Counted from the whole stretch's first letter, positions 37,228 through 49,838 are shown. The stretch: DNA of 63,520 bases, filler included, from Rhabdomonas costata (GCA_019059605.1; 36 parts of 36 records of this genome joined end to end with filler, not necessarily neighbours in it); one strand, 5' to 3'. Made by a program: numbers and translations. Notes: generated by a model from the letters alone, not told the origin.

Positions 37228-39239
37228 TTTGCTCTCTTGGAAAGGACCTGGAGGACGGGGAGTGGGGAGGGTGGGCTTTGCAAATGACCGATGTAACCGC
37301 ATGTCAGTGATACACACATATGCAACCTTGATGAATAGGTGATTCGTGAATCTACGTGTATCTTTGGTGTCAAGAATTGTTAGGCTGTAGAGAGGTAGAT
37401 GGGGGGCACGGCTTCGTACGGCTCTTGGGCTGCACAGGTTTCCGTTCACCAAAGGAAACCCGAGATTGGGCATGCAATGATCGACGTGACCGCTTCTCTG
37501 TGATAGATTTATACGAACTGTTTCAAAAGACTTGACGAATTGTCAAAGGGTGCCCTTCAGAACATTCGGGCTCGTAAAACGAGTAGATTGGCGCATACAC
37601 TGGCACCGCAAAAGTACATCGTTGGTGTCAAGAAATGCTGGGAGGGGGCTATACCGTGGCAACCAATGAGACCTATCAGCCCTGCCCACAGGTTGGCTGG
37701 ACTGTTGTACCCATATGCTTCCATACCTGGTATCCCTCAAGTTTTTCAGCGACGCACGGCACTTCCATGAGCGCATTCTCGCTTATACTTATCCAAAATG
37801 GGAAATGATTTTGAAGAGAAGCGTTACACTGCCGTGTTGCAGTTCTGTTTGTGTGCTTTGGTGAGAAATATGGCCCGTTTTATCTCAAAAGAGAGAGAGG
37901 CACGCATCAAACCGTCGGAACTCCCAGGAAGATGCACATCAAAATGAATAGTTTCCCTCACTTGCCTTTGCAATCACCGTCAGCAAACTGTGGGCAATTC
38001 TCGGAAGCAGGGGTGTTTTTCTGAGATAAACACGGCACCCAATTCACCCACCCAAATTCAATAGCTGAAAACACTCACAGGGGCATTTTCTTCAGACAAT
38101 AGGGGTGAAAATCCCCCCTCCAACCCTCAGTAGGTCCTAAATGTCTCCTTTTGGAGAAACGTTTTCCACATCCAGCATTGAGGTGAAACGGGCAATATAA
38201 AAAGCATGAAGCACCCTTCTGAAGCACCCATCAAATCAGATGCATGTGCGACGATGTGGGTTTGCATAGGGGTGAGAAGGCGATGCACCCGCAAGATGGT
38301 GAACCATAAGTTGGGGTGGGTGGATTCTGACTACACACCCTACAACAAGATCTTGGACATCATGGACACCCTGACCTTTATCCATCAGATACTCCTTAGT
38401 ATTCCCCGTGGTGATGGAGGGGGTTCTCATAAACACGGGTGAGAGGTGACGTTTTCCTTTTTTTATTGACAGCGAACACCCAAATATTCGAATTTGCACC
38501 TAAAATGTGTATAATGAGGGGGTATTCGACACTGGCACCCAGCAGGTGTAAACCTACAATTCCCTACCCCACCCCTCGCAGAAATTTAGCCATGGCACAG
38601 GCGTGACAAAGTCGATGCAATCCTAAAAACGACATGAGGCAGTTAATCCGAGAATCTTTGCATCTCTTCAATAAAAACCATACAGCTACTGTACACCCCT
38701 TATTCTTCTCTCTTCTATTCGTCTTGTTTTCTCCCCGGCACCAAAAAGTTCCCCATGCAATAAGCCGGCGGCACAACTCTTTCCAACAACCCACNNNNNN
38801 NNNNNNNNNNNNNNNNNNNNNNNNNNNNNNNNNNNNNNTTAATTAATTAANNNNNNNNNNNNNNNNNNNNNNNNNNNNNNNNNNNNNNNNNNNNGGGGTT
38901 GTGGCGATCATGCGTATCAAGCCACAGGTTGGTCAAGGTCGTGTTACCTCATCTAACGTCTTATGTGTAAGGGATAAGAACTGCGTCGTGCAGCCTACCG
39001 TGAGGATGAGCAGCCACGCAGCATCATACGCATAGCCATGAGTAGCGACCGGTGTTCCAAGACCCAAACTGCAGTGGTGGCTGTTGGAGTAGGACATCGC
39101 AGGGGAGCCTCCTGGACTCGCTGACATGGGCTGGACGCTACGACAGGTCGCTTATCAAAGTTCGCGGGCACACCCCGGAATGCAACTTTTTCCAGTGACC
39201 TTTCGTGGTTGCCGCGGGTACACAAGTAGGCATTTACGT

Positions 39240-39600
39240 CAAAAATGCGTAAGACCTAGATATGTGTGTCCAGGCTACTGAGTGTACCTACTGAGTTGTC
39301 CAGGTAGTGCTTGAGGTGGCCAAGGTTCTATGCGTGTAGTAGGCTATGGTAGGGGTTAGACACAGCGGTATGTCAGCCAACCACCACCTGGTGGTGTAAT
39401 GCGTGGTAAGGTCATACGTGTTTTGTGGCCCATGCCATAGCATACCATTGCCTGCTGTTGGTTGTTGAGCCCACTGCGGCGGTGGTATAGATCGTAGAAG
39501 GCCTCCTGAGCCCTCCCTGTGGTGGTATCAGCATCCCAGCCCCAGGTTAGCCAATGTGATAGTGGCTAAGGCGTTATTGTCATGCGATGCCTAAGGCTGC
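39240..39600 (-). mobile_element. Highly decayed RNase HI-like retroelement relic inside a compositionally distinct block (about 38900-40140)
   Basis: In order on the minus strand: G*PGAGMLI, STTNSRQWYAMAWA, VVVG*HTAVSN, and after a frameshift AWTHISRSY. These parallel RNase HI motifs GNPGxAG, TNNxAExxA, VxGDS and WxHIxR. Confidence 0.4.
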
Positions 39601-40234
39601 TAGTTTTATGCTTGTAGTGATAGGATATGGTATGGTATAACACATGTTAGCCATCCGAGTGGTGTAGTGGGTGATGCTGGTAACCTGCGCTCATGGCCCC
39701 ACGCTCCATTCGGAATCATGCCGCTAAGAAGATGCCACCTGAGGCAAAAGCACCCATACGATCTGAGGTAGCTATGCGGATGCTAACCCTGATATACGGC
39801 TGCTAGAGATATGGGTGCAGATGCCTCCACTGACCCCAATGCGTAACCTAGATGCCCATCTCGCAAAGGGTGCTCAGGGGTGATAGGGGCTCCCACTCGC
39901 AGGAGCTTATTCTTGCTGGTCGTATGCTAAAGCGCATACACCCTAAATGTTAGAACCAGGGATCTACTTCAGTAATGGACCACCCCAGTGCACACACTGA
40001 TTAAATCGCCAGAACAGTTGCGCAAGGCCCTGGGTTGGGTGCAAAGAGGCAATCAGAGGATGCAGTGACGCTTGAGTGAGCAAGGAGTGGCTCTATGCGG
40101 CTCTATGGGTATGGCGGTATGGGTAGGGATGGTATTGGAGGCCTTCCCTTTCGAGATCGCTTTTTGGTGAGTATCACAGCAAAGTGGTGCTGTTTGCTCG
40201 TCCCAAAAATAAGCCTCCCACCTGTCAACCTCAG

Positions 40235-40561
40235 GGCTGGTGTACAAGGTTGACGATGCGCAGATCCTCCAGAGCAGCCTCGACAGCGTCGCGGATTACA
40301 CTGATTTCCAGAACTTCAAGGAGTCCTCCTCAATGGAGCTCCTGGTGGGCCTGCCGTACCCCTCCAACACCACTGCCTCCCCCACAGCGGTGCAGTACCT
40401 CACCGACCTGCAGGATGTCCCAGGGGGATGCAGCTCTGACGTCCAGCAGCCCACCCCGCAGTGCATCCGCAGCGGCTCGGGCTCGGCGGCGATGCTGGAG
40501 GCCCTTCGCGGGGGCACGGGGCTGGCCGTGGGCACGGACTACCATGGGACGAGCGTGTACT
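40235..40561 (+). CDS. Cache-like extracellular sensor-domain exon (probable receptor cyclase or similar)
   Basis: AMLEALRGGTGLAVGTDYHGTSVY matches the dCache C-terminal pattern M-x-x-A-L-x-G-x-x-G-x4-D-Y-x-G-x-x-V. CTCAG acceptor and high GC3. Confidence 0.6.
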
Positions 40562-41922
40562 NNNNNNNNNNNNNNNNNNNNNNNNNNNNNNNNNNNNNNN
40601 NNNNNTTAATTAATTAANNNNNNNNNNNNNNNNNNNNNNNNNNNNNNNNNNNNNNNNNNNNCCGGAGAATGCAAACCTCGTAGTGGGCAACGGACGCAAC
40701 CTTTGTGGTACTTCTCGCAGAACTTCTCGCACACCGTCTCGTTACGGAAACATGCCAAGGGATCTGCAGGAAGCAACCGAATATGGAAAAAGACTGAGAA
40801 CCGGCACCACCTCTTCTGCTCGGGCTTGGAGACTCCCCAAGCCTGTGCACAATTCCCCTTTCCCTGCATGCCGCTCTCTTTCCCGGGCGGCAATGAACTC
40901 CCCAAAGACCCATATGCTCCAACATTGACCACGACTGGGGGAGAGGTTCGATCCAGTTTTGCACAACGTTGTGTCGATTTTTTCTTTCGAAGCAGCACAG
41001 TGGTTTTTAGGGCAAAAAACTGACAGGCTGTGCGCAGGCATACGGGGAGTGGTCTCCAATCCTCCAAATACTGAGGCCTGGGGGGCAACCTCGAGGCGAG
41101 CCGGCGCGACCGCTGAGCGGGAAAAGCGAAGAAAGTGTACCAGCTCCACGACCAAATTGTGTACCTTGGGGGGGGGTCTGAGGTGAAGCAACTTTGTCCC
41201 GTCCTGGGTCCTGGGAGACATGAATGAGGAGCTCCGTATGACCCTTTCCATACAGGGTAAGTAAAAACCTCGAGGGGAAGGCGGTGGCCACCGTGCTTGC
41301 TCCTTCGGAAGCATCTCGAGGAGAGGCACCATGTGATAAATGTGAAAACACTCTTTCTGGGATCACTTTCGTTTTTTGCCGCACTTTTTCTCTCTTTTGG
41401 CCTTTATTGAGGTTGATTCGTTCAAAATGGTATCTTTTTCTTCAATCCTGTTGCTTCGATGCAACAGTCAATGGCCTCTCACCCAACATTGTCTTTTGCC
41501 AGGGGGGGGGATGGGTCTCATACCCGTTCTTCAAAACCCGCTACTGAGACGGATACCCGATATACTTGTAGAGGATCTTGGACAAGATGAAAAACACCTG
41601 TTCATTGCTGGAGACGTGTGCACCACAACCTAACTCCCTACAAAAGCTTCCATTGGAATCCCAGAGAACAGGTGTACTGCCTCCCTAACCCCCCTCAAAT
41701 CTCAAAAACGCGTGCATTGCCCCGTGCCGCATAACCCCCTGCAATAGCTTCTGTTCGAATTCAAGGAAATGGGTGAATCGCCACCCAACCCGGGCAACAA
41801 CAAAATAAAACTACATTTCCAAATGTTTCCAGCGGTTTCCACGGTTACCGCGGGGTCACTGGTGGAGGGGAGTAGCCCAGAGGGAAGGAAGAGCGGACCG
41901 CTTGGATTGTTGCACTGAATGC

Positions 41923-42328
41923 CTGGCGCAACCAAGGCTCCCACCGCGCCGAAGGCGTAGTCGTTCCCAGTTAGCCAGCTGCTCGAAATTCGGGGGTCCC
42001 AAGGCGTGTCCATCTCCGTGAACACGACATAGGCCACGTGAGGGGTATCGAATGGGGCGTCCACGTTGGCCACGCACCACCCCCGGCCGCCCCCTTGCGG
42101 GAGCAGGTTGTGGCTGAAGTACATGTACAGGTTGGGGCGGTGCTTCCCGACGGCCGGCGAGGGGTTGATGTTGGGGGCCACGTACACGGCCTTGCCATTG
42201 TGCAGAGGCTGAGTGGTGTCCATGCGGAAGTTCAGCACGACGAACTTGTCCACGAGATTGAACGTCTCGCACAACTCCACAGGCGCGGGTGCACGCGCAG
42301 GTGCAGGCGCAGACTCAGACACGGCAAC
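41923..42328 (-). CDS. Exon of an unknown protein with an aromatic-rich beta domain
   Basis: Strong GC3 frame HNGKAVYVAP...NLYMYFSHNLLPQGGGRGWCVAN...DTPWDPRISSSWLTG. Confidence 0.6.
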
Positions 42329-42689
42329 NNNNNNNNNNNNNNNNNNNNNNNNNNNNNNNNNNNNNNNNNNNNTTAATTAATTAANNNNNNNNNNNNNNNN
42401 NNNNNNNNNNNNNNNNNNNNNNNNNNNNGGGGTTTTGGTATTCCTGACTTTGTTGCTGCAATTACAGCGCTGACTCATGCTGCGTAATTCCTGACTTTCC
42501 ACCCCGCTCTTTCCGGCTCGAGTGGGGCGAGGGACTTCCTACCACGCATTTTTTTGGTGAGACCTCCCGCGGAATTAGTGTGCATCAGGAGGGCGGCCAC
42601 GAGGCCACGATCAAAGACAAGAGGTTTGGGCGCAAAGGACTCATACCATAGCTATAAATCTTTGCAGAGAAGGTGTTGTCCATGCCATC

Positions 42690-43730
42690 TGCATGGTTGG
42701 CCTGGCTCTCATCCACCAAGGCAGCGGCGTGCGAGAGTAGTGCCGCGCCCATTGGCTGCTTTCTTTTCCATGAGGAATATCTCCACTTGGCTGCGTTGTG
42801 GTGGAGAGCAAACAGCTGGCCATTCCGGTCACGATGCCCCAGAGCACCTATGAGGAGGGAAGAAGAAAACCCGTCGCGTGGGCAAGGAGAGACACGAGCA
42901 CGAGGTGGGGGAAGAGCGATGAAGTCATCATTGCATCTGTACCCGCTGATGGGGACACGCCAAAACAACGAAAACAAAGACAAAACAGGTTCTCAATCCA
43001 TAACACTCTCATTGATGGTCATTGCGAAAAAAAATTTGCTTGCTCCCTTCCCATTCCAACCACTCTTTCATTCTTTCGTGAGCACGGACTTGCTGCCCTC
43101 CCTCTTTGTAATACAGCTTTCTCATTTTTGGCAAGTAGCTCGACGAAAGCATCCGCTCAGACCAACAAAAAGCATCCGCCACCAACCATTTAAACATCAT
43201 CAGCTTAGCATCATCCCTTCCCCCCATGTACACACAACGGTCCATTATACACCATTATACACGCAACCGACCACTGTGTTCATGGTTGCGATGCTTGTCA
43301 GAAATGTCAGAATTTCGGGATCCTTAGAATGGCGACGATCCCCACAGACTCCAAAAGGCATTCCTCCGCAAACAGTGCGGCCCGAGCCTGTGGAGATGAT
43401 CGGACCCACGATGAACGGGGGCTGCATCAGTACAAAAGGCAACCGCAGGGCGTGCCAGGCCAGCTGGAAGGTGTCCTTGTCCCCGGCGCCATGAGAGGTG
43501 TGGACGGGAGAGCGGTACAGGGCTTCAAAGTACACTTCGTGGTAGAAATTGAAGTACCCCGTCAGCATCAGCCCCTCCCACGCGCCACAGGACTTGCAGA
43601 CCAGCATCAGCCCTGATTCCTGTGGAGGACCACCACAATACATGCGTGCAGTGTCGGGAGATGGCACCTGAGTGGCGACAGGAATCCGATCGCCCAAGGA
43701 ACACAGATCACCAGCCCAACACATGCACGG
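42690..43730 (-). CDS. GT71 (Mnn1/Mnn2-type) alpha-mannosyltransferase, two exons
   Basis: QESGLMLVCKS..AWEGLML..YFN and GAGDKDTFQLAW. The next exon (from 42847) reads ALGHRDRNGQLFALHHNAAKW, matching the family motif DxxGxxxFxHxNxxK. Confidence 0.85.
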
Positions 43731-44414
43731 TCCCTCCGTGCGGCTCGGTGTTAATTAACCATGATTCAGGCCAGCTGTGTTGCGATGCATCTCTGACTGC
43801 AGCTTTCTCTCTGGCTCTCACTGCCCTGGAACCCAGAAGCAGGCAAAAAGGTCAACCCTTTTTCTGCGAATCTGAATATCAAAGCTAAGAAAGGGATCAA
43901 GCTGCTTACATGTTTTGACAAAAAACCAAATTTGCTTGCTCAGGGCATAAGGAAAACTCGCCTCCCTTGCGCAAAAGCTCCAATTCGAGTTGAACGGCAA
44001 CAATGCAGCACCAGGCTCACCATTGCTGGCCAATACTGCTGGTCTCCACCGGGCCAGCCGCCTACGTGCGGCCAGATCGGAGCTTCCCACACAAANNNNN
44101 NNNNNNNNNNNNNNNNNNNNNNNNNNNNNNNNNNNNNNNTTAATTAATTAANNNNNNNNNNNNNNNNNNNNNNNNNNNNNNNNNNNNNNNNNNNNATTTG
44201 GTCTCACTTCGAAGCACCTTTCACCGAATCTAAACTTTTGCATGCCAACCTTGTTTCCTTTTGAGTTTTTTAGCTGTTCTCTTCTCACTATGTGTTTTGT
44301 CGACTTTTTAGAGTCAGTTTGGCAAATTCAAACAATGCTGCTGTCTGCATGAATCGAATCTCGCCATCAGAGCGTGAACCCTTCTCCCTTTCATTTTCTC
44401 TTTCCTCTTCTCAG

Positions 44415-45641
44415 TACGCCCTGAAGTGGCAGGTCTTCATGTTGATCAGCACAGATTCTCGCATTGGCCCAGTTCTGGGGAATTCCGCGGAGACCGCGGC
44501 CGATCTCAGGCGCACCAACGCCACTCTGGTGGTCCTTCTGGTGATTGTTGTGGTTGCCGCGCTGGCGATGGCTGTGTTGATCGCCTTCGTGCTGTCGCTT
44601 CCGCTTGTGCGTCTGGCGAAGGGAATGCGCGGGCTGGTGCTTTTGGAGCTGGAGGGGGACGCCCATCGGACGAGGAAGACCCCGCAGCTGTCGATGATTT
44701 CTGAAATCCAAGGCTGCCAGCGTTCATTCGGGGCTATGCAGCGGTTTGTGAGGCCACCCTCATCTGTTTTTTTGCTCGCGTTCTGTGCCCAGCACCGTGG
44801 GTATCCTTCCTATGTAACTGTTTTTCGCCGTTTCTCTGTCTTTCTATCACGCGCGCGTGCCCGAATTCCTTCGACGTCAGTTTTGGGCAGTGAGGTGCCG
44901 CGTGTCCTTCCGGCACGGCAGTGAAATACAGGCTATCCAAGAAAAATGGGGGGGGGTCCCTTATGCATGCAAAACCGCTTCTTCCCAAACCGATTCTTTT
45001 GAGAAAATTATCTAAATCGCTTCCTTTCAAAAAAATATCAAGAATTTCGACTGCTGCGGAAATTGGATCCCAATCTCCGAGTGAGTAGGTGCTTAAGCTC
45101 CAAGCGATTTGTGGGTGTATGTATAACGTAGGACTCCCACTGTACTACTCGTTAACTCAAAATTACAAGGAGCGGAGAAAACGGAGCAAGCAGGCAAGCT
45201 TCATCTTCCAATTCAAAGACGGTTCGTTTTCCCAGGTGGCTTTGGAAGTTGCGAAATTGCAAAGCAGATTCCCAGAAACGTAAAACGAGACTCACGAGCT
45301 CTGTGCCGGTCTTGGTGTGACCAAAAGAAAACCACACTTCTTGTCTTATGACTAGGCCGTAGTCACCAGTGCGAGCCTATGGGTATTAGTCCTACCTTGA
45401 CAAGCAAAGTGCTGAGGGCCGAGGGCACACGCACGAATGCGCTGAAAGAAGCCACGGCTCTTCCGTTCCAAACCCCCGGACACCAAAAATGGTCACACTA
45501 TTATCGTCTCAATCAGAGGGCTGGAAGCGTTTGCGAAGTTCGTGCCCCGGGATGTGGTGAAGATGATGCTGAGCGGGGTGATGAGTCGGAAGAGCCTGAT
45601 GACGTGGAGGACGGTAACCCTGATGTTCACGGATATTGTTG
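44415..45641 (+). CDS. Receptor-type class III adenylate/guanylate cyclase (TM-HAMP-catalytic start), exons 44415-44743 and 45517-45641
   Basis: TM helix, HAMP (PLVRLAKGM...SEIQGCQRSFGAM), then R-GLEAFAKFVPRDVV...VTLMFTDIV. Canonical phase-2 intron. Confidence 0.9.
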
Positions 45642-46499
45642 GTGTGGCCGAGGGGTCCGTTTTTCTTTTCTTCTCGATGATTGCATCGTTTTCATCGGAT
45701 TCGCCATTTTTTTCCGATGTCGGCTGACATAAGTACTGATCTTGCGGGTGCGTGATGGGTGATGGGATCGATCTGCGGGCATAGAGAAGGGAAAGTCATG
45801 GTTTAATAGGAAGGAAGGGAAGCGATTTGTGTCAGTGGGATTTCCTCTTCCCCCAACCATCANNNNNNNNNNNNNNNNNNNNNNNNNNNNNNNNNNNNNN
45901 NNNNNNTTAATTAATTAANNNNNNNNNNNNNNNNNNNNNNNNNNNNNNNNNNNNNNNNNNNNCTTTTTTGTTAGCCTTTTTGGCGTCTCGAATTTTTGGT
46001 TTAATGTGATGATTTGATCAGAGACATTCGTGAGTACACATAGATGCGTGTATGCGAGTACACTAACACACACGTACATACACGTGCGTGTTTTGTATTA
46101 TGAAGGCAGAGAGCGCTGAAAGAAGAAAGGTAGAAAGCGAGGACCCGAAAGATAGACCATATGAAAAGATGGCTCTTGTGTACGATGCACGCTTCCTGAG
46201 TGCTTTATTATTTGTCCTTTGTCCAGGATCGAACCTCTCTTTCAAACCTGCGTCGTCTGACGTTTCGCCGGTGACGCTCTCAGTGAGGGTTTTAGTGAAT
46301 ACGCATCCCATTGCCGCGGTAAAAAAAATGTGAGCGAAGTACAGCATTTCTTCTCTTGTTTTGTTGTTTTCCCCTGCGCTTCGCTTCCTTGTAGATATTG
46401 CATTGTTGTTCTCCTTTTCAAACGTGATGTCAGTTTTTTCTATCTCTGCGTTTTTGTGTTCATTGCGGTGGCAGAATTGTTTGTTTGTTTGTGGAATAG

Positions 46500-47521
46500 G
46501 GCTTTGAAGTGTTCATTAACGAAAGCCTGGTCGCCACAAAGAAGGAAAATGCCACGAAGACTTCCATATCAGGTGTTGAGTGAGATTGAGCGCTTTTCAT
46601 TCCTGAAGGTTATTCGAGGCGCTTGTGTTTCGCCGACTCCTGTTTGCATTTGGCTGCTCGAGTTTTGGGAACTATGGACCCCTTCCAATTTTCCTGGTGT
46701 ATATATGCTCCGCATCAGGTGAGCCCAAAACGTACAAAACGGCCCTTTTTAGCTGTTTGGCAGCGAAAGAGCCAGGTTTTTGGACCTATAGACAGAAACT
46801 GTAAACTTTATTTTTTTGAAGTGACACGGGAAATATTTGGGGGAGGCTTTTTGCTGAGTTGTAGGCATCAGGGATAGCATTGCAGTTATGTTCGTAACGC
46901 CCCGGCCACACGTCTGCCCTCATACACCTCGCGGTTATGGGCAGAGCTTCTCTCGACGTACTGTGACAACCTTATGAAGAATGAGAAGATGACCCCCACG
47001 GATCTGGTGTGCGTCCATGTGTGTATGCTCCACCACAGCAGTTTATTTTGTACGATGCGTGTGCTGCAGCATGTACTGTGCGTGTGTGTGCGACTATGTG
47101 TTGATCGAGTTTGGGTATCAGTTTGATTGCCCTGCACGGACCTTGGGCTGTTGTCTGATACAGCCTTTTCAGCTGCTTTTGCAGCTGTATTGGCAGTTCC
47201 ATTCTACGCTCTTTTTCTGGTGAGCGGGGGTGGGGAAGGGTTGGCTGCAGCACCAGTACTGTACTGCGCTGCGCTGGAGGCCATCAGACCCATTTAGGGT
47301 CTTTTCCTTCGTATGGGGCTGGGAAGGGCTATTAGGTGTCCAATTAAGCCAAAAGCGTTCACCGCTCAGAACTGTTTTTTATACTTTGGGCAAGCTTTCC
47401 TTCTGTTTTCCTGATTTCTCTGTGTGTACCCTCTCACAATTGATAACACCCGACGAGCTCTTTTTCTTTTTCTGCAGGACGAGCGGCACGAGAAAGTGGT
47501 GGCCCTCTTCGCATACATAAG
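46500..47521 (+). CDS. Cullin (CUL1-like), three small exons (46500-46572, 46945-47006, 47478-47521)
   Basis: Spliced: GFEVFINESLVATKKENATKTSIS-E-LLSTYCDNLMKNEKMTPTDL-DERHEKVVALFAYI. This matches cullin FExFxN...ELLxxYCDxxxK...EKVVxLFxYI. All introns are GT-AG and in frame. Not visible in the ORF track. Confidence 0.88.
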
Positions 47522-47537
47522 GTGTGTGTGTGTGTGT

Positions 47538-47620
47538 GTTTTGCAGATTTCCCAACGTGTGGTGTCACGCCGCATACTGCCCAACAAACCCAAACACACA
47601 CGTTGGGAAATCTGCAAAAC
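47538..47620. repeat. Inverted repeat of about 22 bp at a contig end, enclosing a C/A-only primer-like tract
   Basis: ttttgcagatttcccaacgtgt versus acacgttgggaaatctgcaaaa, with cccaacaaacccaaacacac between them. Confidence 0.8.
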
Positions 47621-49494
47621 AACAACNNNNNNNNNNNNNNNNNNNNNNNNNNNNNNNNNNNNNNNNNNNNTTAATTAATTAANNNNNNNNNNNNNNNNNN
47701 NNNNNNNNNNNNNNNNNNNNNNNNNNTGTGTTTGTTGTGGGATTTGCTTGTTTCGCCATGTGGCTTTTTGTATTTTCCCGTGTGCCTGGGCTTTCCATTC
47801 TTTTCTGAAGCTCTACACCATCTGAATCGATTGGGGTCAAGCGTCCAGCGTCACGTGTTTACCACCGTGTTTGATTTGTGCCGGCGTCAGGGTTGGCGAC
47901 AGTGTGAGGCGTTATGGTTAGGATTTACCTCTTGAGTTGGATGCACGGCTTTGAGTCTCAATGAACTTGTGGCCGGCTACGATAGCGCTGCTTGGGGCAG
48001 CCCTATCAGTTGTGATGCATTGCTCTGTCTGTCTGTTCCGTGCGGTGTGTGGTGTGTGAGCCAAGGGAGTCTCTTTCCCTTTCAGTCCCACCCCTTCACT
48101 TCAGAGTCACAAGCCCATCTCCCAGTTGACTCAATCTCCTGCCTCTTCCGTCTCTTTCATACCCCTCCCCCCCTCCGCTCGATCCTCGATGCGTGCATGA
48201 AGCAATAGCAAGGGCTTGCTCCATCTGAAATTCGTCGATTTTCCTCTCCTCACATCTTGGTATGTGCTTTTTCTCTCTACGCATACCCCAAATACACAAC
48301 CTGTTGTCTTCCTACCTTTCTGCTTCTCGTTTCGTGGGTGGTGCTAACACATTCTTTGTGCCGTTTATCGTGGCACATCGGGGGACGCTTCACAGCGTGC
48401 TGTAATGCTTGGATGCCAAAAAATGCGTAGTAGCTGTGATATTTGTTTTCCCCAGAGGTTTCGCTCGGAGCATATCAAAGGTGGTGTAGATTGAGTTGAA
48501 ACTCGAGAGTAACCACAAATCTAAAAAGGTAGCAGCTCCCTCATGTCCAATAGCTGAGAACAGTTTACCGATTTTTTTCCGAGGTCGTTGTACTGCACTA
48601 CTTCAACTTCGGTATGTTTCAACCTGCATTGTGGGGTGACCCCACGCCTGAATCTGAATGGTCTGATTATCTTCTTCCCCGGACCATCGCATCCACTGAC
48701 ACACACGGTGCGAATGATTCCTCAGAACGTCCCGAAAGAAGGAAAAAATGTTCTTGCTTTGGTCCGTCCTTTCCATGACGGTTTGCTGAGCCAAGTTACG
48801 TTAGATGGGGGTTCCTCATTCATGCTTCAGATCTGTTCACCACCTTGCCTCCACCTGTCATAAGCGTTTGCTCCAGCGTGACTTAAAAACTGCCTGTTGT
48901 TTACTTAACGGTTCATTTTTTTTACATAATCTTGCTTACTTTTTTCTTTGCTCACTTTAGACGCTCCCCCTCTTACGCTGCTGAGTCTTCTTGATCCTTT
49001 CTTCCCCACCTGCCTTTTTCTTTTCTTGTTTTCTTGTTCGTTATTTACGCACTCGTAATGAACCACATTACACAACTGGCTGAGATTTTTGTCGGTGCTC
49101 TCAAGCGGCAGCTCACGACGGATGAGCTGCTGCTACTGCAGCTGCTCTCTCCGCAAGGGATGGCCAAGGTGAACGCCGACCTTGCCCGAGGTTTCCCATC
49201 TGCAACTTAGGCGTATAGTTATGCATAAAAAGGTCTTGTTCATGCCTTTGTGGACCATGTGCTGCTTGGTTACAAGTTGACCTGGCCTGTGTTGAGCTGC
49301 TCTCTTTTGTGACCTTGCCTCGTTGTGAGCTCTAAGGGGTCGTGTTTTCCGTGCTTTCCGCTGTTTTCCTTTTCCCTTTTCTACCCCACCCACNNNNNNN
49401 NNNNNNNNNNNNNNNNNNNNNNNNNNNNNNNNNNNNNTTAATTAATTAANNNNNNNNNNNNNNNNNNNNNNNNNNNNNNNNNNNNNNNNNNNNG

Positions 49495-49686
49495 TTTGTT
49501 GTTATCATTCAAGTAATGACTTGTGCGTGAGAGATGGTGTGCACTTCCGCGTATTCTCTGAGCACACTGCCCACTGGAGGCCTAAAGTGCACAACAAACG
49601 GAAGGCAGTGGCAGTGTGCTCAGAGAATACGCGGAAGTGCACACCATCTCTCACGCACAAGTCATTACTTGAATGATAACAACAAA
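49495..49686. repeat. Perfect inverted repeat of about 77 bp at a contig start, probable fold-back chimera
   Basis: 49495-49571 is the reverse complement of 49610-49686. Confidence 0.88.
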
Positions 49687-49838
49687 GCCATCCTACCTGC
49701 CATTGCCGCTGCACCTGTCAGCTCAAGAGGGATCAGGATGTCTCGCAAGGTTCTTTTGTTTTCAAGTGCTTTCTACGATTCCGTTCACTGTACTCTCAGA
49801 TCTGACAATTTTCTTTCAGGTTTATCTTTTGGCTGCAG

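Noticed and set aside
37873..38040. Imperfect inverted repeat of about 20 bp as MITE TIRs
   Set aside because: Mismatched, no clear TSD and no second copy in the window.
28291..45863. Signalling gene cluster (cyclases, kinase, Cache domain) as a new system
   Set aside because: The genes lie on separate contigs placed together only by length sorting.
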